A DNA stretch of 63,948 bases, filler included, from Thelocarpon superellum (taxonomy: Eukaryota), in NCBI GenBank assembly GCA_026025795.1. It is 8 parts of 8 records of this genome, joined end to end, with 100 filler letters (N's around TTAATTAATTAA, not from the genome) between each part and the next. Parts side by side here need not be neighbours in the genome. Positions count along the whole stretch, not along the records: positions 8,470 to 16,748 come from JAPEUG010000606.1; positions 16,849 to 25,120 come from JAPEUG010000607.1; 6 more parts are not named here. One strand, written 5' to 3'. The position numbers and the translations under genes were made by a program. Numbering within the stretch: position 1 is the stretch's first letter; each line of letters begins with the position of its first letter. A model generated the notes under the pieces. That model ran no database searches and was not told the DNA's origin. It saw only the letters and a list, made by a program, of their open reading frames with translations. This document shows positions 11,480-24,533 of this stretch, in pieces.

Positions 11480-12996
11480 CTATGCCGAAGAGAAGGTTTG
11501 TTTCGGGAAGGGATAGCTGAATTCGGTCGCATGGGTCGGACATTAGCGCCTGTTCCTGACCCATGTACACAGAACGCCAGCGAGCAGGGAGGAGAGAGGA
11601 AGAGGAGACTCACGAAGGACCCAGACACCGGATACTCAACCCAGCAAGCCAATGCCCCATTTCCACCGCCGTGTCGAGGTCTTTTCCCTGGATGATCCCG
11701 GCGAGGAATCCGCCGGCGAATGCGTCTCTGTGACACGCTTGCCGTCAGTCACGCGCTCCGGTCCCTTGGTTCGTGCGAAAGCAGCCTCGTGCTCAAGGAA
11801 GAACGATTGCAGGGGAAACAAAGAGTGACATACCCCGCGCCGTTGGTGTCGTCGATCTCCGCCGCAGGGATGGTCTTCACCGCGTATTCCTTGACCGTCA
11901 CGCGCTCCCCTCCCGTGGCGACAACGGTCGCTTCCGTGCCCTGGGTCACGACCACCACTCGCTGACGCTTCGTGTTCTTCTTGGGCAGCTTGGCAAGGTG
12001 CTCCGCGATGGTCTTGATGTCGTCTGTCTTCAGGTCGTGCGAGTCCGCGTACGATCGCGCTTCCGTCTCGTTGCCAATCACGTAGTCCCAGTATGGCGCA
12101 GTGGCGTCGAGCGGGTCCTTGAAAAAGGCCGGGATGAAGGGCGCTGAGAGGGATAGTGCGAAGATCTGCCCATCTTTCGTCAGCTTCCGTTCGGTGCTAT
12201 TTCTCTGTGAACGAGACGAAAAAGGCCAGACTCTCTAGACGGTAGGAGGGGCGACAAAAGGAAATGGATGTTCCACCTTGTCCTCCTTGGCCGCCTCCTC
12301 TGCCAACGCCATGGCAGCCGGCGGACAGACGGTAAGGTGATAGCCGCCGACGTAGTACACACTCGCTTTCTCGACCAACGCCCAGATCTCCGGCTGCAGG
12401 AGATGGTCGAGCTTATAGTGGTTGGCGGCTGCCAGATCCGTGCAAATGCTTCGATCGTGGCCCGTGATCACCACGCCGCAACGTCCCGTCGGATGCTCCT
12501 CATCCACGCGGTATTCGACCCGGAGCTCGGCCTTGGCGACCGCTTCTCGCAGAATCTCGGCGTATTTGTCGCGCCCGACGCACCCGATGTACAGGACCGA
12601 CGCCGGGGGGAGGATATACTGGCGACGAGATCAGCGTCTCACTCCGCCAATGTCGACGAAGACCCTCGGGAAATGGTGAGCGCTCACCTGCGCCCCGCGA
12701 GCCGTATTTTGCGCCGCTCCACCGGCAATCAGCTTGGCTTCGTACTTGTTCAGAAGCTCCTCGTACAGGCCCATATGTTTCTCCTCGGCCAAGATGGCAT
12801 CGTTGGCTTTCAGGTCGTACTTGCTGAGGAGGCTCGAGTCACTATCTTACATTTCCAGATAAGTATGATTCCTGCAGCCAGACGTATCTCATGGATGATC
12901 TCCATCGTGCGGGTCCTTCACTCACGCCTTGGCCTGGATATCCAACAGTGGATTCTCGAGACAGAGGAGAGCATATTCCCCTGACGTGGCGGCCAT
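11480..12996 (-). CDS. ADO1: Adenosine kinase (PfkB/ribokinase family), multi-exon
   Basis: MAATSGEYALLCLENPLLDI..., GGAAQNTARGAQ, TGRCGVVITGHDRS, YVGGYHLTVCPPA, VVVTQG, DTNGAG|DAFAGGF (PfkB signature), last exon YPFPKQTFSSA*. Confidence 0.95.
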
Positions 12997-13655
12997 GTCG
13001 TTCGGCAGGATCGCGTCAGAGGAGACTTGAAGTCACTGCTACAATCGATAGCTTCTACTGCGTGTAGGGTCGGACTTCAACTGGGGCGGAGGCGGGTCCA
13101 GAGATCATGGTGAGGAAGATATAGTCTTGCATCACTCCTCGTCTCAGCGGTAGTGGGGCCACTTTTCGCCTATGTCGCACAAATTCACCGTGTCCTACCA
13201 CATGTGGTCGGGTGATGAAAATGAGCTGTTAAAGCTATGCAAGATCATGCCGCAACGCTTGCCCTTGCGCTTTCGATCGATCTGGAACCATTGAGAAAAC
13301 CCGTGGGTCCTGGTAGATTTTCCAACTACCACGTTCTTGGAGGGTTCCGTTACAGAAGCATTCGACAACCCCATGTACATGCTCCTCTCCTCTTACGACG
13401 TTAGCTATGTCGTGGTCTCACGGCCTTCCACCATATGCCTCCCATCCACGACAATCCTCATCGTCTCGAACAGTGAATGAAAATCATCTGATTGACTAAA
13501 CGAGAGTCGCTACTTGAACTACTCAGATGATCTCCATCCTTGGCTGAGCTTGGTCGAGCAGGTCGAGCAGGTCGAGCAGGTCGAATTGGTCAAACCAGCC
13601 GAGCCAACGCTCAGCCTCCATCGGGAGTTCTTGGCTTCTCTCTCGCAAGGCCTCC

Positions 13656-15488
13656 TTACACATGGAGATCATTCCATCCTCCGAGCCATTCCATGTCCTC
13701 CAGTTCCCGATACTCCACCCCCCACATATCCTTCGTATCCTTTTCATCCCAAGCTCCCAGCTCCACCCGATCATAGCGCGAAAACCCAGAGTCACGCTGA
13801 TTGCCCGATCGGATACCGTGCGAAGTTGTCGGCCCTTGCTGGTCGTGGTATGCACGTCGACGATCGCCCAGCGCCGCCCATTTGTCCATGATGTCTCGTC
13901 GAGAAGGCGGCGTGTAACGAGGGGGAGGAGTGGAGCGTGGTGACTGTTGAGCCTCAAAAAAGAACACGTCATCCTCTTGCGCGCCGTCGTGCAGCCCGAT
14001 GTCGACCGTACCATCGGATCGCTTGGCCATACGGTTCCGCGCCGACGATGACGTTGACTCGACCAAGACGCGCTTGCCAGAATCCTTGTCTTCTGTCGCG
14101 CGGGGCTTTTGATTGACGTCGACGTGCACCACCTCCGTGTCCTCTTCCTCTTCGTCCCAGAGATCGCTCCAGCTGCGGGAGACGACCTCTTTCTGACCAA
14201 AGACCGATGCCATGGCAGGCGCCGGTCGGGACAAGAGGGTAGGCACCGATCCAGAGATGGGCATCGGCGCCGACCGCGGCGGATCGTGGCTGGCGTCGGA
14301 CTTGCGCATCGCCAGAGACTTCATCGACGCACCCAGCCCCGAGTCCAGGGCGGACGCGATCGAGAGAGTCTCTGGAGCAAGCGAGAACACGTCGTCCTTG
14401 CTTTCCACCGAGCCATACAACAGCTCCTCGGCATATTCTTCCGTGTCTGGGATCGCCGACAGTTGACGCACTTGTTGTGGGGAGCTCGTGCGGAGCGCCG
14501 TGGCCCATGGGAACGCACCGGCCTGCTCCGTATGCGGGCTGGAGATGGACGGCGTCCGGAGGGGCTCGCGGTTGGCGCTGGCGGGAACGACGCCGTGGTC
14601 CTCGGTGCAAAAGTCGTCGAGCGTCTCGTCGTCGGTGGTGAAGCTGACGACACGGAGGAGGGCTTCGCGCACGGCGGACAACGACCGTTTCTCCGGATCG
14701 ATGGCCATTGCCACATTGAGCACCTCGAATGTGTCTTGCGACATGGTTGGGAAGATGTCGAAGAGCGATTGCTTGTCTCGTACGTAGTCGGCAAAGAGCA
14801 CGTCCGACTCGGTTGGGGTGACAAAGGGATTGCGCGAGAACAGGATGTTGAGCAGGCAGATGCCAATCGCCCAGATGTCCGCCTTCGCCGGCGAGTATCC
14901 GTTGTTGGATGAGTCGTACTGCTCCGGCGACATGTAGCGGTCGCTGCCCACGGTCGACTCGTATGTCCAGCTCTCCACCGTCGCCAGACCAAAGTCGCCC
15001 AACTTCATGTCGCCCGAGGGCATCAGGAAGATGTTCTCCGGTTTGATGTCACGATGATACATGCCCTTGGAGTGCATGTACTCGACCGCGCCGAGCAGCT
15101 GAAGCATGAAGTCGCGCACATTGTCTGTCTCGCGAGGTCCGCGACCGAGTCGGATGGCCTCGTACAGGTCGCCCATGGCACAGAACTCCAATACCAGGAA
15201 GACATGGGCGTCGGACTCGAAGTGGTGGATCATGTTGACAATGTTGGCGTGAGCACCGAGGCGTGCGTGGCAGGCCAACTCTTCGGACCGATCGTCCACC
15301 GAGATGCCCGGAAGCATGGCGCCAGCCGCAGAGGCTTTGGTCAGGCATTTGATGGCCACGACCTCGTTGGTCTGAGTGTCCTTGGCCTTGAAGACCATTC
15401 CGAAGGATCCGTGGTTGAGTAGAGCGATGGTCTCGAAGCGGCCGTCCAGGAGACGCCCCCCAAAGAAGTTGTCTCGCATGCACTCCAT
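13656..15488 (-). CDS. KSP1: Ser/Thr protein kinase, Ksp1/Ran1 (Pat1) family, 610 aa, single exon
   Basis: LNHGSFGMVF, VAIKCL, YHRDIKPEN, DFGLA, VGSDRYMSPE, ADIWAIGICLLNILFSRNPF; the C-terminal SWSDLWDEEEE motif is typical of filamentous-fungal Ksp1-like kinases. Confidence 0.88.
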   Translation of the reverse strand: MECMRDNFFGGRLLDGRFETIALLNHGSFGMVFKAKDTQTNEVVAIKCLTKASAAGAMLPGISVDDRSEELACHARLGAHANIVNMIHHFESDAHVFLVLEFCAMGDLYEAIRLGRGPRETDNVRDFMLQLLGAVEYMHSKGMYHRDIKPENIFLMPSGDMKLGDFGLATVESWTYESTVGSDRYMSPEQYDSSNNGYSPAKADIWAIGICLLNILFSRNPFVTPTESDVLFADYVRDKQSLFDIFPTMSQDTFEVLNVAMAIDPEKRSLSAVREALLRVVSFTTDDETLDDFCTEDHGVVPASANREPLRTPSISSPHTEQAGAFPWATALRTSSPQQVRQLSAIPDTEEYAEELLYGSVESKDDVFSLAPETLSIASALDSGLGASMKSLAMRKSDASHDPPRSAPMPISGSVPTLLSRPAPAMASVFGQKEVVSRSWSDLWDEEEEDTEVVHVDVNQKPRATEDKDSGKRVLVESTSSSARNRMAKRSDGTVDIGLHDGAQEDDVFFFEAQQSPRSTPPPRYTPPSRRDIMDKWAALGDRRRAYHDQQGPTTSHGIRSGNQRDSGFSRYDRVELGAWDEKDTKDMWGVEYRELEDMEWLGGWNDLHV

Positions 15489-16748
15489 TTCGATGCTGGC
15501 TTCGGTGGTGACGGGCGCGGGAGCGAGCGCGGGTGTGGGCAGACGGCAGACGGAAGGCCGCAGGCGGTCGTGAATGGTACAGGATAATCAAAACTGGAAT
15601 CGACGACCGACGAACGAAGCACCAGACAATGTGGGCTATAGAGGCGGAGGAATTCAATCGCTGGCTCGCATCAGAAAGACGGTGGCGACCAAGCGAACCA
15701 GGTCAATGATGGTTGGGCCAGAGCGACGAGGGGAGAGGTCGGAGGGGGATAAATCGAACGCTAGATGTAACCAATACTTCCTTCACCACCACCAGTACTA
15801 CCAAACCGAAAACTCCGCGGGATCAAATCAGAGGCTCATAGAAATATCGAGGGCGAGGGAGGTGTGGGTTGTGTAAGTCGTATCGGGCTGAGTCGCGTGG
15901 GTGGGCAAGGAAATCTGAATAGGTGTGGTTCACAAGGACATGGAAAGAAGGGCCACGCGGGATCGACCGGTCGGACGGACGAGACCAAAGGGCGGAAGGA
16001 GAGTCGCAGGCTGGCTAAGGGGAGAGGCAACGAAGGATAGACGGGTTGAGATGGACAGTAAGAGGTGGTCGAATGAGCCGCAGGCGTGGTCCGAGAAGAG
16101 GCAGAAGATCGCTGAAGTCGGTGGACGGAAAGGGAGAACAAAGATGGTCGGAGAAGCTAAGAGAGATGGCGTGGGGAGAGACGGAGGAGCGAGTGGGGCA
16201 GAGTGTAAGCTGCCGCGAAGGAGCGTAGACAGCAGGCTTCGCGAGGGCGAGGTGGGAGGTGTTCGGGAGACCTGTCGTGATCGTGTGTCGTTGCCAGCGG
16301 TAACGTTGAACGAATCGTCAAGAATCAACCCTCAGGGTGTCCGCGGTGGGTGGTGGGTCAACGCATCGGCAGGACGAGAGGATAGCTAGCAAAGCAGGAG
16401 GGGATAAATCCTCAGCTGCAGTGCTCTCTCGCGTGGTGACCACAACGTTGGCGGCGGCGGGAGGGTGACGAGAGATGAGACGTGCGGTAACGGCAGCGGC
16501 AACGGTGGGCGAAGGGAGGGAGGATGGTCAGAGACGGGTGCGGGTTGCTCACAGAGCTCTTCGTCGGCCAAGGTGGAGGGAGGAATGCGTCACCCGAAGC
16601 AACGGCGGAAGCACGCCAGATGGTGGGCGACGGAGAGGTGCAGCAATTGACAAGACGGTCGAAGGTGGGAAGCGGAGGATGGGAAGGAGGGAGGAGAGGA
16701 GGGAGGGAAGGGAGAGGATGACGCTCGATGCACTTCAACCAGTCTGCT

Positions 16749-16848
16749 NNNNNNNNNNNNNNNNNNNNNNNNNNNNNNNNNNNNNNNNNNNNTTAATTAA
16801 TTAANNNNNNNNNNNNNNNNNNNNNNNNNNNNNNNNNNNNNNNNNNNN
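16749..16848. other. Artificial contig-joining spacer
   Basis: N44-TTAATTAATTAA-N44. Confidence 0.98.
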
Positions 16849-17924
16849 AAGAAAGCACGAGCAGGATGCGGTCATGCGAAATGCACCCCTCACACCTCCA
16901 TGGTCTCCGGTCGCAGCAGGCTGCGCTACCGAATCGAACTGGAGGCCGTATGTCCAGCTCGAAGCGAAACTTTAGCGTACCGTAGGAACTGCGGTAATGG
17001 TTACGGTTGCGGATAATGGCTCCAAAATCCCATGCTGGGCCGTTTGTTTCGTCTCAAGGAACATCTTCGACGAGTTGAACAGCACTCTGGGGACACCAAG
17101 TGGCAATAACACGGCCCACTTTTCGACTTTACGAAAAGCCCTCAGTGGAGTATCCCCGCATACGTCGCGTGCAGCAGATTTCTGATGGGCTCGTTAGAAC
17201 AGCCGCCAGCTGCGCTGTCTTCCCATCACAGCCATTTGATGCGCGGGCCAAGTGTGCGAGGTGCAATCGTTGTGTAAGTCGGGTCCAATTTCTGAACCAG
17301 ACAGCCGAATCCGTCCAAATCCCCCAAATCCAACCGCGAGCGAACGCAGTAAAGTCAAAGCTGCGCTCCGCGAGCTATGACTCACCGTAATGTGCGGGAT
17401 GGGCAGCTCTGCAGCGGACAGGTGGTGGGGAGGTCGGGGCGGGAGCGAGAGCGAGAGCGAGAGCCAATCAGAGCGACGGCTAGTGAGATTCAATGGTCGT
17501 ACGAGCCATTCGAATGGTACCCCGTACTCGGTAGCAGCTGGAGGACGAGGACTAGGTAGACCTGGTAGTCGAGGTTGACTCGCGCGACCATCTCGGGATT
17601 GGGTGCGCAACGCAGACGGTCGCAAAGACAACCACGACGACGATCGCAACCGGCGGACAAGCCCACGCTCCCTCCATCCACAGCTGACCTCTACCGTTCC
17701 TCATCTCGAACACGCCTTGCGATCAGCGGAAGCGAAGCCACGCTCGCTCTACCCCACGCCGACGCGCCGAGTCGGCCAGCCGCAGGCATCGGAGGCCCAT
17801 CACACCTCATCGAGGCATCTGCCATTGTACTCCGCCCGCCACCCTCCTCTGTGCGATCGAGGATTGATGGGCCGTGTCGGTGCAGCATGAGGCCGGCACA
17901 TCATCGCCCTTGTCATCGACCGTA

Positions 17925-20900
17925 ATGAGTAGCCCGGCCCGTCCACCCTCCCCGCCCCCGAAGCCCGTCGCGGACGACAAGATCGCCAAGCCCGAGGACG
18001 CCGACGTCTCGAAGCCTGCGGTCCATGAGCCGTCTCCCGCCCAGCTGGCCTCATCGCCACCCACAAGCGGCGCGGTCGAGTCTCCCAAGGAGCCTGGGAC
18101 GGAAGCCGATGCGGCAGGGCCTAAGACCAGTCCCAAGAGCGACTCCGAGGCGGAGACCATCGTGTTACCGGGGAAGGAGACCGATGTGACGCCCTCGAAA
18201 CGAAGATCCATCAAGCATGATGATCGTGACGGAGAGAAGCGGGCACGCGATGTGCGGCCCGGGGACGAGAAGAAGGCGGATGACGAAGGCAAGACGGACG
18301 AGAGCACGAAGTCGGGCGCAGCGCTCGACGGCAGCGTGAAAGGCACGTTGCCAAGGAAGGCCAAGACCGCCGTGGATAAGGAGGGCGGCGCAAGTCAGGA
18401 GCACGGCAACTCGAGTAGCCTGAGCTCAGCCTTGTCCTCGCCCGTCGATGCCGGACAGTCGTCGAAGAAGGCCGGCTCGGAATCGGAGCAAGCGCAGCTG
18501 TCGCCGCGCGCGAGTACCAAGGAGAAGGAGAAGAAAACGGAGATGGAACAGGAACGGGAAAGGGAGAGGGAAAGGGAAAGGGAAAAGGACAAGGAGACTC
18601 TAATCTCTCGTCCACGCAAACGCAAGATTAGCGACGGCGGGCCCGAGGAGCGTCCGGTGAATGAGCGGCCGGAGAATCATGGAAGCGTGGCCAACGCTGT
18701 GGCATCCGCTGGTAACCAGGAGAGCAACCCAGAGCGACGCGAAACGCGTAGTCTGGGACGACCTGCCTCTCCGGCAGCAGAAGTCAACAACAACGGACGA
18801 CCATCGCAGGAGCGATCGACCTCACCCCACACCCGTGCCCATCGCCGCGCCCTCTCCTCCCAACCGCACCCGACGGTGGCGAATGGCAAGGTGCACAAGA
18901 AGCGGAAAGTCGCCCCGCCGCCGCTCGCCCAGCGCGACTCGAAGCACGTCGACGAGGGCCTGTCGGACGACTCCTCTCTGAATGCGTCGCCCCCGCCATC
19001 TGGCGTGCCGCGGAAGCTTGCGTCGGGCGATTTGGTGTCGCCTGCCAAGATGGTGCCGCACAAAAAGCATCGCGACCAGATTGGCCGGACCTTCCTCGCC
19101 CGGGCCTGCGCCGCCAACGAGGTCGACAACGTCCTGATCAGGATCGCGGAACGACCCGAGGACATCGACATCGCCGACAATGCTGGGAACACGCCGCTCC
19201 AGATTGCCAGCTTGGAGGGCTCGGCCGAGATTGTCAAGATCCTCATCGACCACCACTGCGACATCGACTGCAAGAATCACGAAAAGGACACGCCGCTGAT
19301 CGATGCGGTGGAGAATGGACACCTTGAGGTCGTGCAGTTACTGCTGAACGCGGGCGCGAACCCTCGCCAGGGCAACCTGAACGGCGAGGAGCCGCTGGAT
19401 CTCCTCAACCCCGACGATGAGAATTTCGAACCCATCCGTGATGCCCTGGTGGCGGCCAAGAATCGGTCGAGCGTGCGGCGGCCGTCGGAAGACCAGGCCG
19501 TGCACAGGGAAGCACCCACCAAGGAGAATGGACGGGTGTCGCGAGGCACATCTGCCGTGAGCCCGCGACAGTCGCCCCCCGCCACCAACCCCCGGAGTCC
19601 GCCGATGGCGGCGGCGCCCTTGCGGCGGAAGACGGTGCGCAGCGAGGTCACGCGCAATGACTTGCTGTGGATGAAGCCCACGGCAGAGAACTTGCGTGAC
19701 CGGGCCGGCAAAGGCGACATGGCGGCCGTGGCCAACATCCTCAACGTGCTCTCCCAGGCCGACGCGGAATCTCTCATCGCCGCGGCGCGCGGCGGCCACG
19801 ACGAGGTCATCCAGCTCCTCCTGGGCATCGGCAACGCCGACGCGGATCCACCGGCCGTGCTCACGCAGAAGCGGGGATACAATACGCCCATGCTAGCGGC
19901 CATCGGACGAGGCAACGAGAAGGTCATTGAGCTTTTGCTCGAACAGCCTACGTTTAATCCCACCCGTCGGGACCACCGTGGCTCTACCTACTTTGACATT
20001 GCCCGGGAAAGGCAAGGCCACAACTGGGAAAAAGAGGTGGAGCTATTGAAGAACGCTTTCGACGCGTGGAACAAGACCCACAAGCGCTCCCCCAAGGATG
20101 CGGCCAAAGCCACCTCCCCAGCCGCGCCGCGGACGCATCGTGATGGGGAGCGGGAGAAGAAGCATAGCGCGCGACAAAGTGGCCAGGGCGGACAACCGCC
20201 GTCATCCCGGCCTGAGGAGGCCCGACGCAAACCCTCGTCCGACAACAAAGACACGACACCTCTCGGCCCGCCCAAAGCTAAGGTGCAGGCCCGCGAGCTC
20301 AAGAAGGGTCGCGTGGATGCCGCCGTCAGCTCGGAGGGCGAAGGCTCCAAACCCCGGCGGAAGCTGGTGTCGGGCAAAGTGTTGAAGGGGGATCGTGTCA
20401 AGCGACGGCCCAGCACCGGCTCCGTAGCTTCCACCGTCTCCGCACCCGCCGATGCTGGGGAGAGCAAGCGCCGGATCGCCGACGACGGGTCCCCGCCCGG
20501 CAGTGGCCGTGCCCACAGCTCCGGTCGCACGGACAAGACGAAGAGTGCCACCCGTCCGCGGTCCAGTGCAAGCGACTCGGACCTCCCCGGCGAGGCCGCT
20601 CCGGCACGCGAGCGATCGATCAAGAAGGAAGATGCCAAGGACCGCCTCCACGCCGTCCGCTCCGATGGAAAGCTCAAGCGCGCGCGACACAGCGAGAGTC
20701 CGGACCGGTCCGTCTCTCGCGAATCGGACGCGGCCACGCTCAGCACCGACGAGCTCAAGAAGAAGCGACGACGGCTGGAGAAGCAGGGAAAGGACCTGAC
20801 CAAGAAGCGAGCTCGGGTCGACTCGGACACTGTCGCTCCGACGCCGAAGGACCAGTCCGACGCCAACGGTCGCGAGCGAGAGCGGTCCGACGCGGCGGGA

Positions 20901-22292
20901 CCGAAGGCAGACAAGGATCAGATGCAGAAGGATAAGCAGGAGCAGGAGCAACAACAGCGGATCACGGCCCGGAAAGAGCGGGACGCCGCCGAACGTCGCG
21001 CGGCGGAGCAGAAGGCTCAGCAGGCCAAGGAAGAGAAGGAACGCCAGGAACGTGAACGGGCCGAGCAACGCGAGCGCGAGCAGGCCGAGGAACACGAACG
21101 GATCCGACAGAAGGTCGAGGACGAGCGCAAGAAGGCCGAGGCGGAGGAGCGAGCACGGCGCATCCAGGCGGAGCAAGCCGAAGCCGACCGCCGCGCGCGG
21201 CTAGCGCGGGAAGCGGAGGAGGCCGAAGCGGAACGACGACGGAAAGCGGAGGAGGCGGAGCGTCACGCGCGACTCGCGCGCGAGGAGGAACAGGCGCGAC
21301 TGGAACGCAAGCGACGCGATGAAGAAATGCAGCGACGCCGCGTGGAACAGGAGCGGGCGCGACGGGAGGAGGCCGAGCGACGACGGATCGAACAGGAGCA
21401 ACGCGAGATGATGGAGCTGCTCAAGCGACAAGAGGAGCAAGAGCGAGCCCGTCGCGAAGCCCTTCCGTGGGCACTGCAGCGCTTGTGCGAACTGCCCCCG
21501 CAGCAAAGCCGGACGGCAGAGGAAGCTCGGCGGTTCATGCCGCTCTTCACCGTCACCCTGGCTCAATTCGAGGAACAGACGTTGCCGCCGTCGCAAGCCG
21601 AGGAGCGGTGGATCGTCAACTTCCAGGCCGCTGCGGTACTTGGGGTCAAAGATTTCGCCCTGTCGCAATGTACGTGCTCGGACATGGATCGCACGCTGCG
21701 CCGTGCGCCGTGCGCCGTGCGCAGTGCGCAGTGCGCTTACTGACGGGGTCACAGATACGGCGTGGGCCAAACGGCCGATCGCCGGGCGACACAAGGTCCT
21801 CCTCTGGCGCGCCATCCGCATGAAGCTGCAAGGACGAGCACCTGACGGCCTGGACGGCCAGGGCGTTGGCGTCCGGGACCGACTGACGCAGGCCAAGTTC
21901 CGCGCGATGGAGCCAGTATTCTGGATCAAGGTAAGTGCCGCCCACGGCCGCCCGCGCGAGCAGAGACTGATGCCGTCTCCCACCAGCTCGCGGACTTTGA
22001 GGACATCATCCCACGCTATCCACACCTACAGGGGCTCAAAATGTTCACCACGCCCTTGAGCTTGGACCGCAAAGACCCGGAGAGGAGCCCCGTTGGCTTG
22101 GTCCTGGACGGCGACGGATGGACCGTGACACCGTATCACGACGGGCACCATGCGTCTTACACCCCTCACATCAACCAACAGACCTTGGACTATCCCTCCA
22201 ACACCGCTCTCTTCCGCGACGTGTCGGAGCCGCTCGAGGCGCCCAAGCCCAAGGCCATGGCCGTGGTGCAGAACGGCATTCTCGATCACTAG
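17925..22292 (+). CDS. Ankyrin-repeat protein, Hos4-like (Set3 histone deacetylase complex subunit), 3 exons
   Basis: Ankyrin repeats (GRTFLARAC, DNAGNTPLQIASLEG, KDTPLIDAVENGHLEVVQLLL, GYNTPMLAAIGRGN), RRKTVRSE.TRNDLLW motif and a long E/R coiled coil. Introns 21670-21754 and 21931-21986; ends ...NGILDH*. The first ATG is at 17925. Confidence 0.8.
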
Positions 22293-22676
22293 GCTAGGCA
22301 GGTCCCCGCTTTCCTCGAACCGCTCCCTCGCCCTTTATGCTCGCCCTTTATGATCCGCGTGCGTGGTGCGTGTACACCCAGGCGCGGGCTCGGTGGGTGA
22401 GTGGCTCTGGCGATCGGCGATTGACTTGGGTGCGTGATGAATGACTGGATGGATGGACATGATGAATGCCTCCATGAAAGGATAACTCTGGCGCGTCAAC
22501 CCGTCGACTCATGGCCGCAGGAGCCGGTCCTTGTCGCCTTACACACTACCCTACATGCGGACTCGACCGTCTGCGTCGCTGCTCCGTCCGATGGCCTACC
22601 TCGTCGAGAGATGACCTCAGATCCCGTCCTTAGTTAAGATCAAGTCGTCAAAGATCCAATGTGCATTGGACTAGCG

Positions 22677-22824
22677 TGTGACTGTGAATCCGAGTAGACC
22701 AGCATACGAAGTTCGAGTGGCGCCGACGATTTCACCGGGAAGAGGAGATGATTGGTCGACAATTTAGGGCCTAGACCCAATCGTAGCGGCGGAAGGTGGC
22801 GCACCAACGGCGAATTAGCCCTAA
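22677..22824 (+). promoter_or_regulatory. Ribosomal-protein promoter elements: Homol-D box (TGTGACTG, 22677-22684) and Tbf1-type sites (TTAGGGC 22764-22770; TAGCCCTAA 22816-22824)
   Basis: Exact matches to fungal RP-gene motifs (Homol-D CAGTCACA and TTAGGGCTA, read on the reverse strand) 200-350 nt upstream of the RPS12 ATG. Confidence 0.65.
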
Positions 22825-23027
22825 GCGAGACACAACTCACCACCGGAACTCGCGCATGTCACGGGACGAAGGGAGCGCACACATTCTTTTCCAATTGAAT
22901 TGACGTCGTCAGCTTCGTCATTGACGGCTAGTCCCAGTCTCCGCATTCTCTTCGTCTCTCCTAGCAACTCTTCGAGGACTTCCGACACCCTCTGGGCTTT
23001 TTACGTCGTCGTACGCAATAGTCAAGA

Positions 23028-23770
23028 ATGGTGAGTTGGCGACGCCCCACCACGTCTGAGCTTTCACGCCCAATTTCATCGGTGGGAAGAGAGGAGATGT
23101 AGCACAGGGGACACAATCGCACAAGGGAGAGATACAACAGAGGAGACATGGTCAGGGCTAACGATGAGGACTGCGCAGTCGGACGGAGAAGAGTCTAACC
23201 CGCCCGCCTCCCCCGGCGCAGACAACGATGGCGAAGTGGAAGTGGCAGCGGACAGCGGCGCCAGCAAGGGACAGATGAGCGTGCTCGAGGCGCTCAAGGG
23301 CGTGCTCAAGCTGGCTCTGATCCACGATGGACTGGCGCGCGGCCTGCGCGAAGCCAGCAAGGCGCTCGATCGTCGCCAGGCGCACATGTGTGTGCTCAAT
23401 GAGGCGTGTGAGGAGGAGGCCTACAAGAAACTCGTCGTCGCGCTGTGCTCGGAGCATAAGATCCCTCTGATCAAGGTCCCGGATGGCAAGCAATTGGGCG
23501 AGTGGGCTGGGTTGTGTGAGTTTCCTCCTGCTGCATCACCTCCTCCTCCTCCTACTTCCCTTCTCCTTTCTGACTCGAGGCCCGGAGATGCAAGAGGCGC
23601 AACGAGAAAGAAGAGAATGAAGGGCTAATCGAGGCTGGTCAACAGGCGTGCTGGACCGCGAGGGCAACGCACGCAAAGTCGTCAACTGCTCGTGCGTCGT
23701 GGTTCGAGACTGGGGTGAGGAGAGCCAGGAGCGTTCGATCCTGCTCAACTACTTCCAGACGGAGCAATAG
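23028..23770 (+). CDS. RPS12: 40S ribosomal protein S12 (eS12), 3 exons
   Basis: ATG-only first coding exon (23028-23030, then GTGAGT). Exon 23179-23515 reads ...[43 protein letters not shown]...KQLGEWAGL. Exon 23646-23770 reads [30 protein letters not shown]...QTEQ*. Confidence 0.97.
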
Positions 23771-24533
23771 GGTCTCTGATCTGACTCCCACCTCCCTACC
23801 TCACTCCGCGCAATGTCACGACCGTCTTCCGTCAGTGCGACAATCTACCGACTGAACCCCGCCCCCCCGGGGATCGGAAGGCAAGGCCGTGCCATGGATG
23901 GAGACGGATGGAGAAGGAGGAGTAGCACGAGACAAGAGACAACGGAGTCGGGAAACGAAAAACAACAGTCAAGACAACAGCGTGAGAAAACGAATGCTTT
24001 GAAGGTCTTCAGACTTCAACAACCCCGTCCGAAGCTACCAAATGCCGTGATCGTAATCTCGACACTCGTACTCTCGCGTGAAGCGTATGGAAATACGAGA
24101 TATAGATCGTATGTACTTCTGGCTCGCTCCTGACGGGTGAGATGGGCTATATAATGGCGAATAAGACGGATCCACGGACAGACGGAGGGCAGATGGTAGA
24201 CGGCAGATAGACGGTAGGTGGTAGATTGGGTGACAAATGAGGGGAGGCGAGCGATGAACACACAAAAGGGACAGGGAATCACCAGGTGAGTCTTGGAGCG
24301 TCTCTCGTGTCCTGACATGGCCTGGCCCCATCGCATCCCTGTCCCGTCCCGTCCCGTCTCGACCCGTCCATTCCCATTCCAATCCGTCTGAAAGAGGTTG
24401 CACCCCTGGCGCCGTAGTGCCCCCTGAAATAAAACGCCGTTGGCTGCCGAGTGTAGATGGCCCGGTTGGGAAAACGGGTCCTGTGAAGATGTGCCATTTC
24501 GACATCTCTGCCTTTGTTGGAATGGATTCATTC

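Noticed and set aside
15489..16748. ORFs of 100-150 aa upstream of the Ksp1-like kinase
   Set aside because: This is pyrimidine-rich leader/promoter sequence giving low-complexity Ser/Pro/Leu translations with no domain signal.
23031..23178. Possible intronic snoRNA in RPS12 intron 1
   Set aside because: I see no properly ordered box C (RTGATGA) and box D (CTGA) pair with terminal stem, and no H/ACA architecture.
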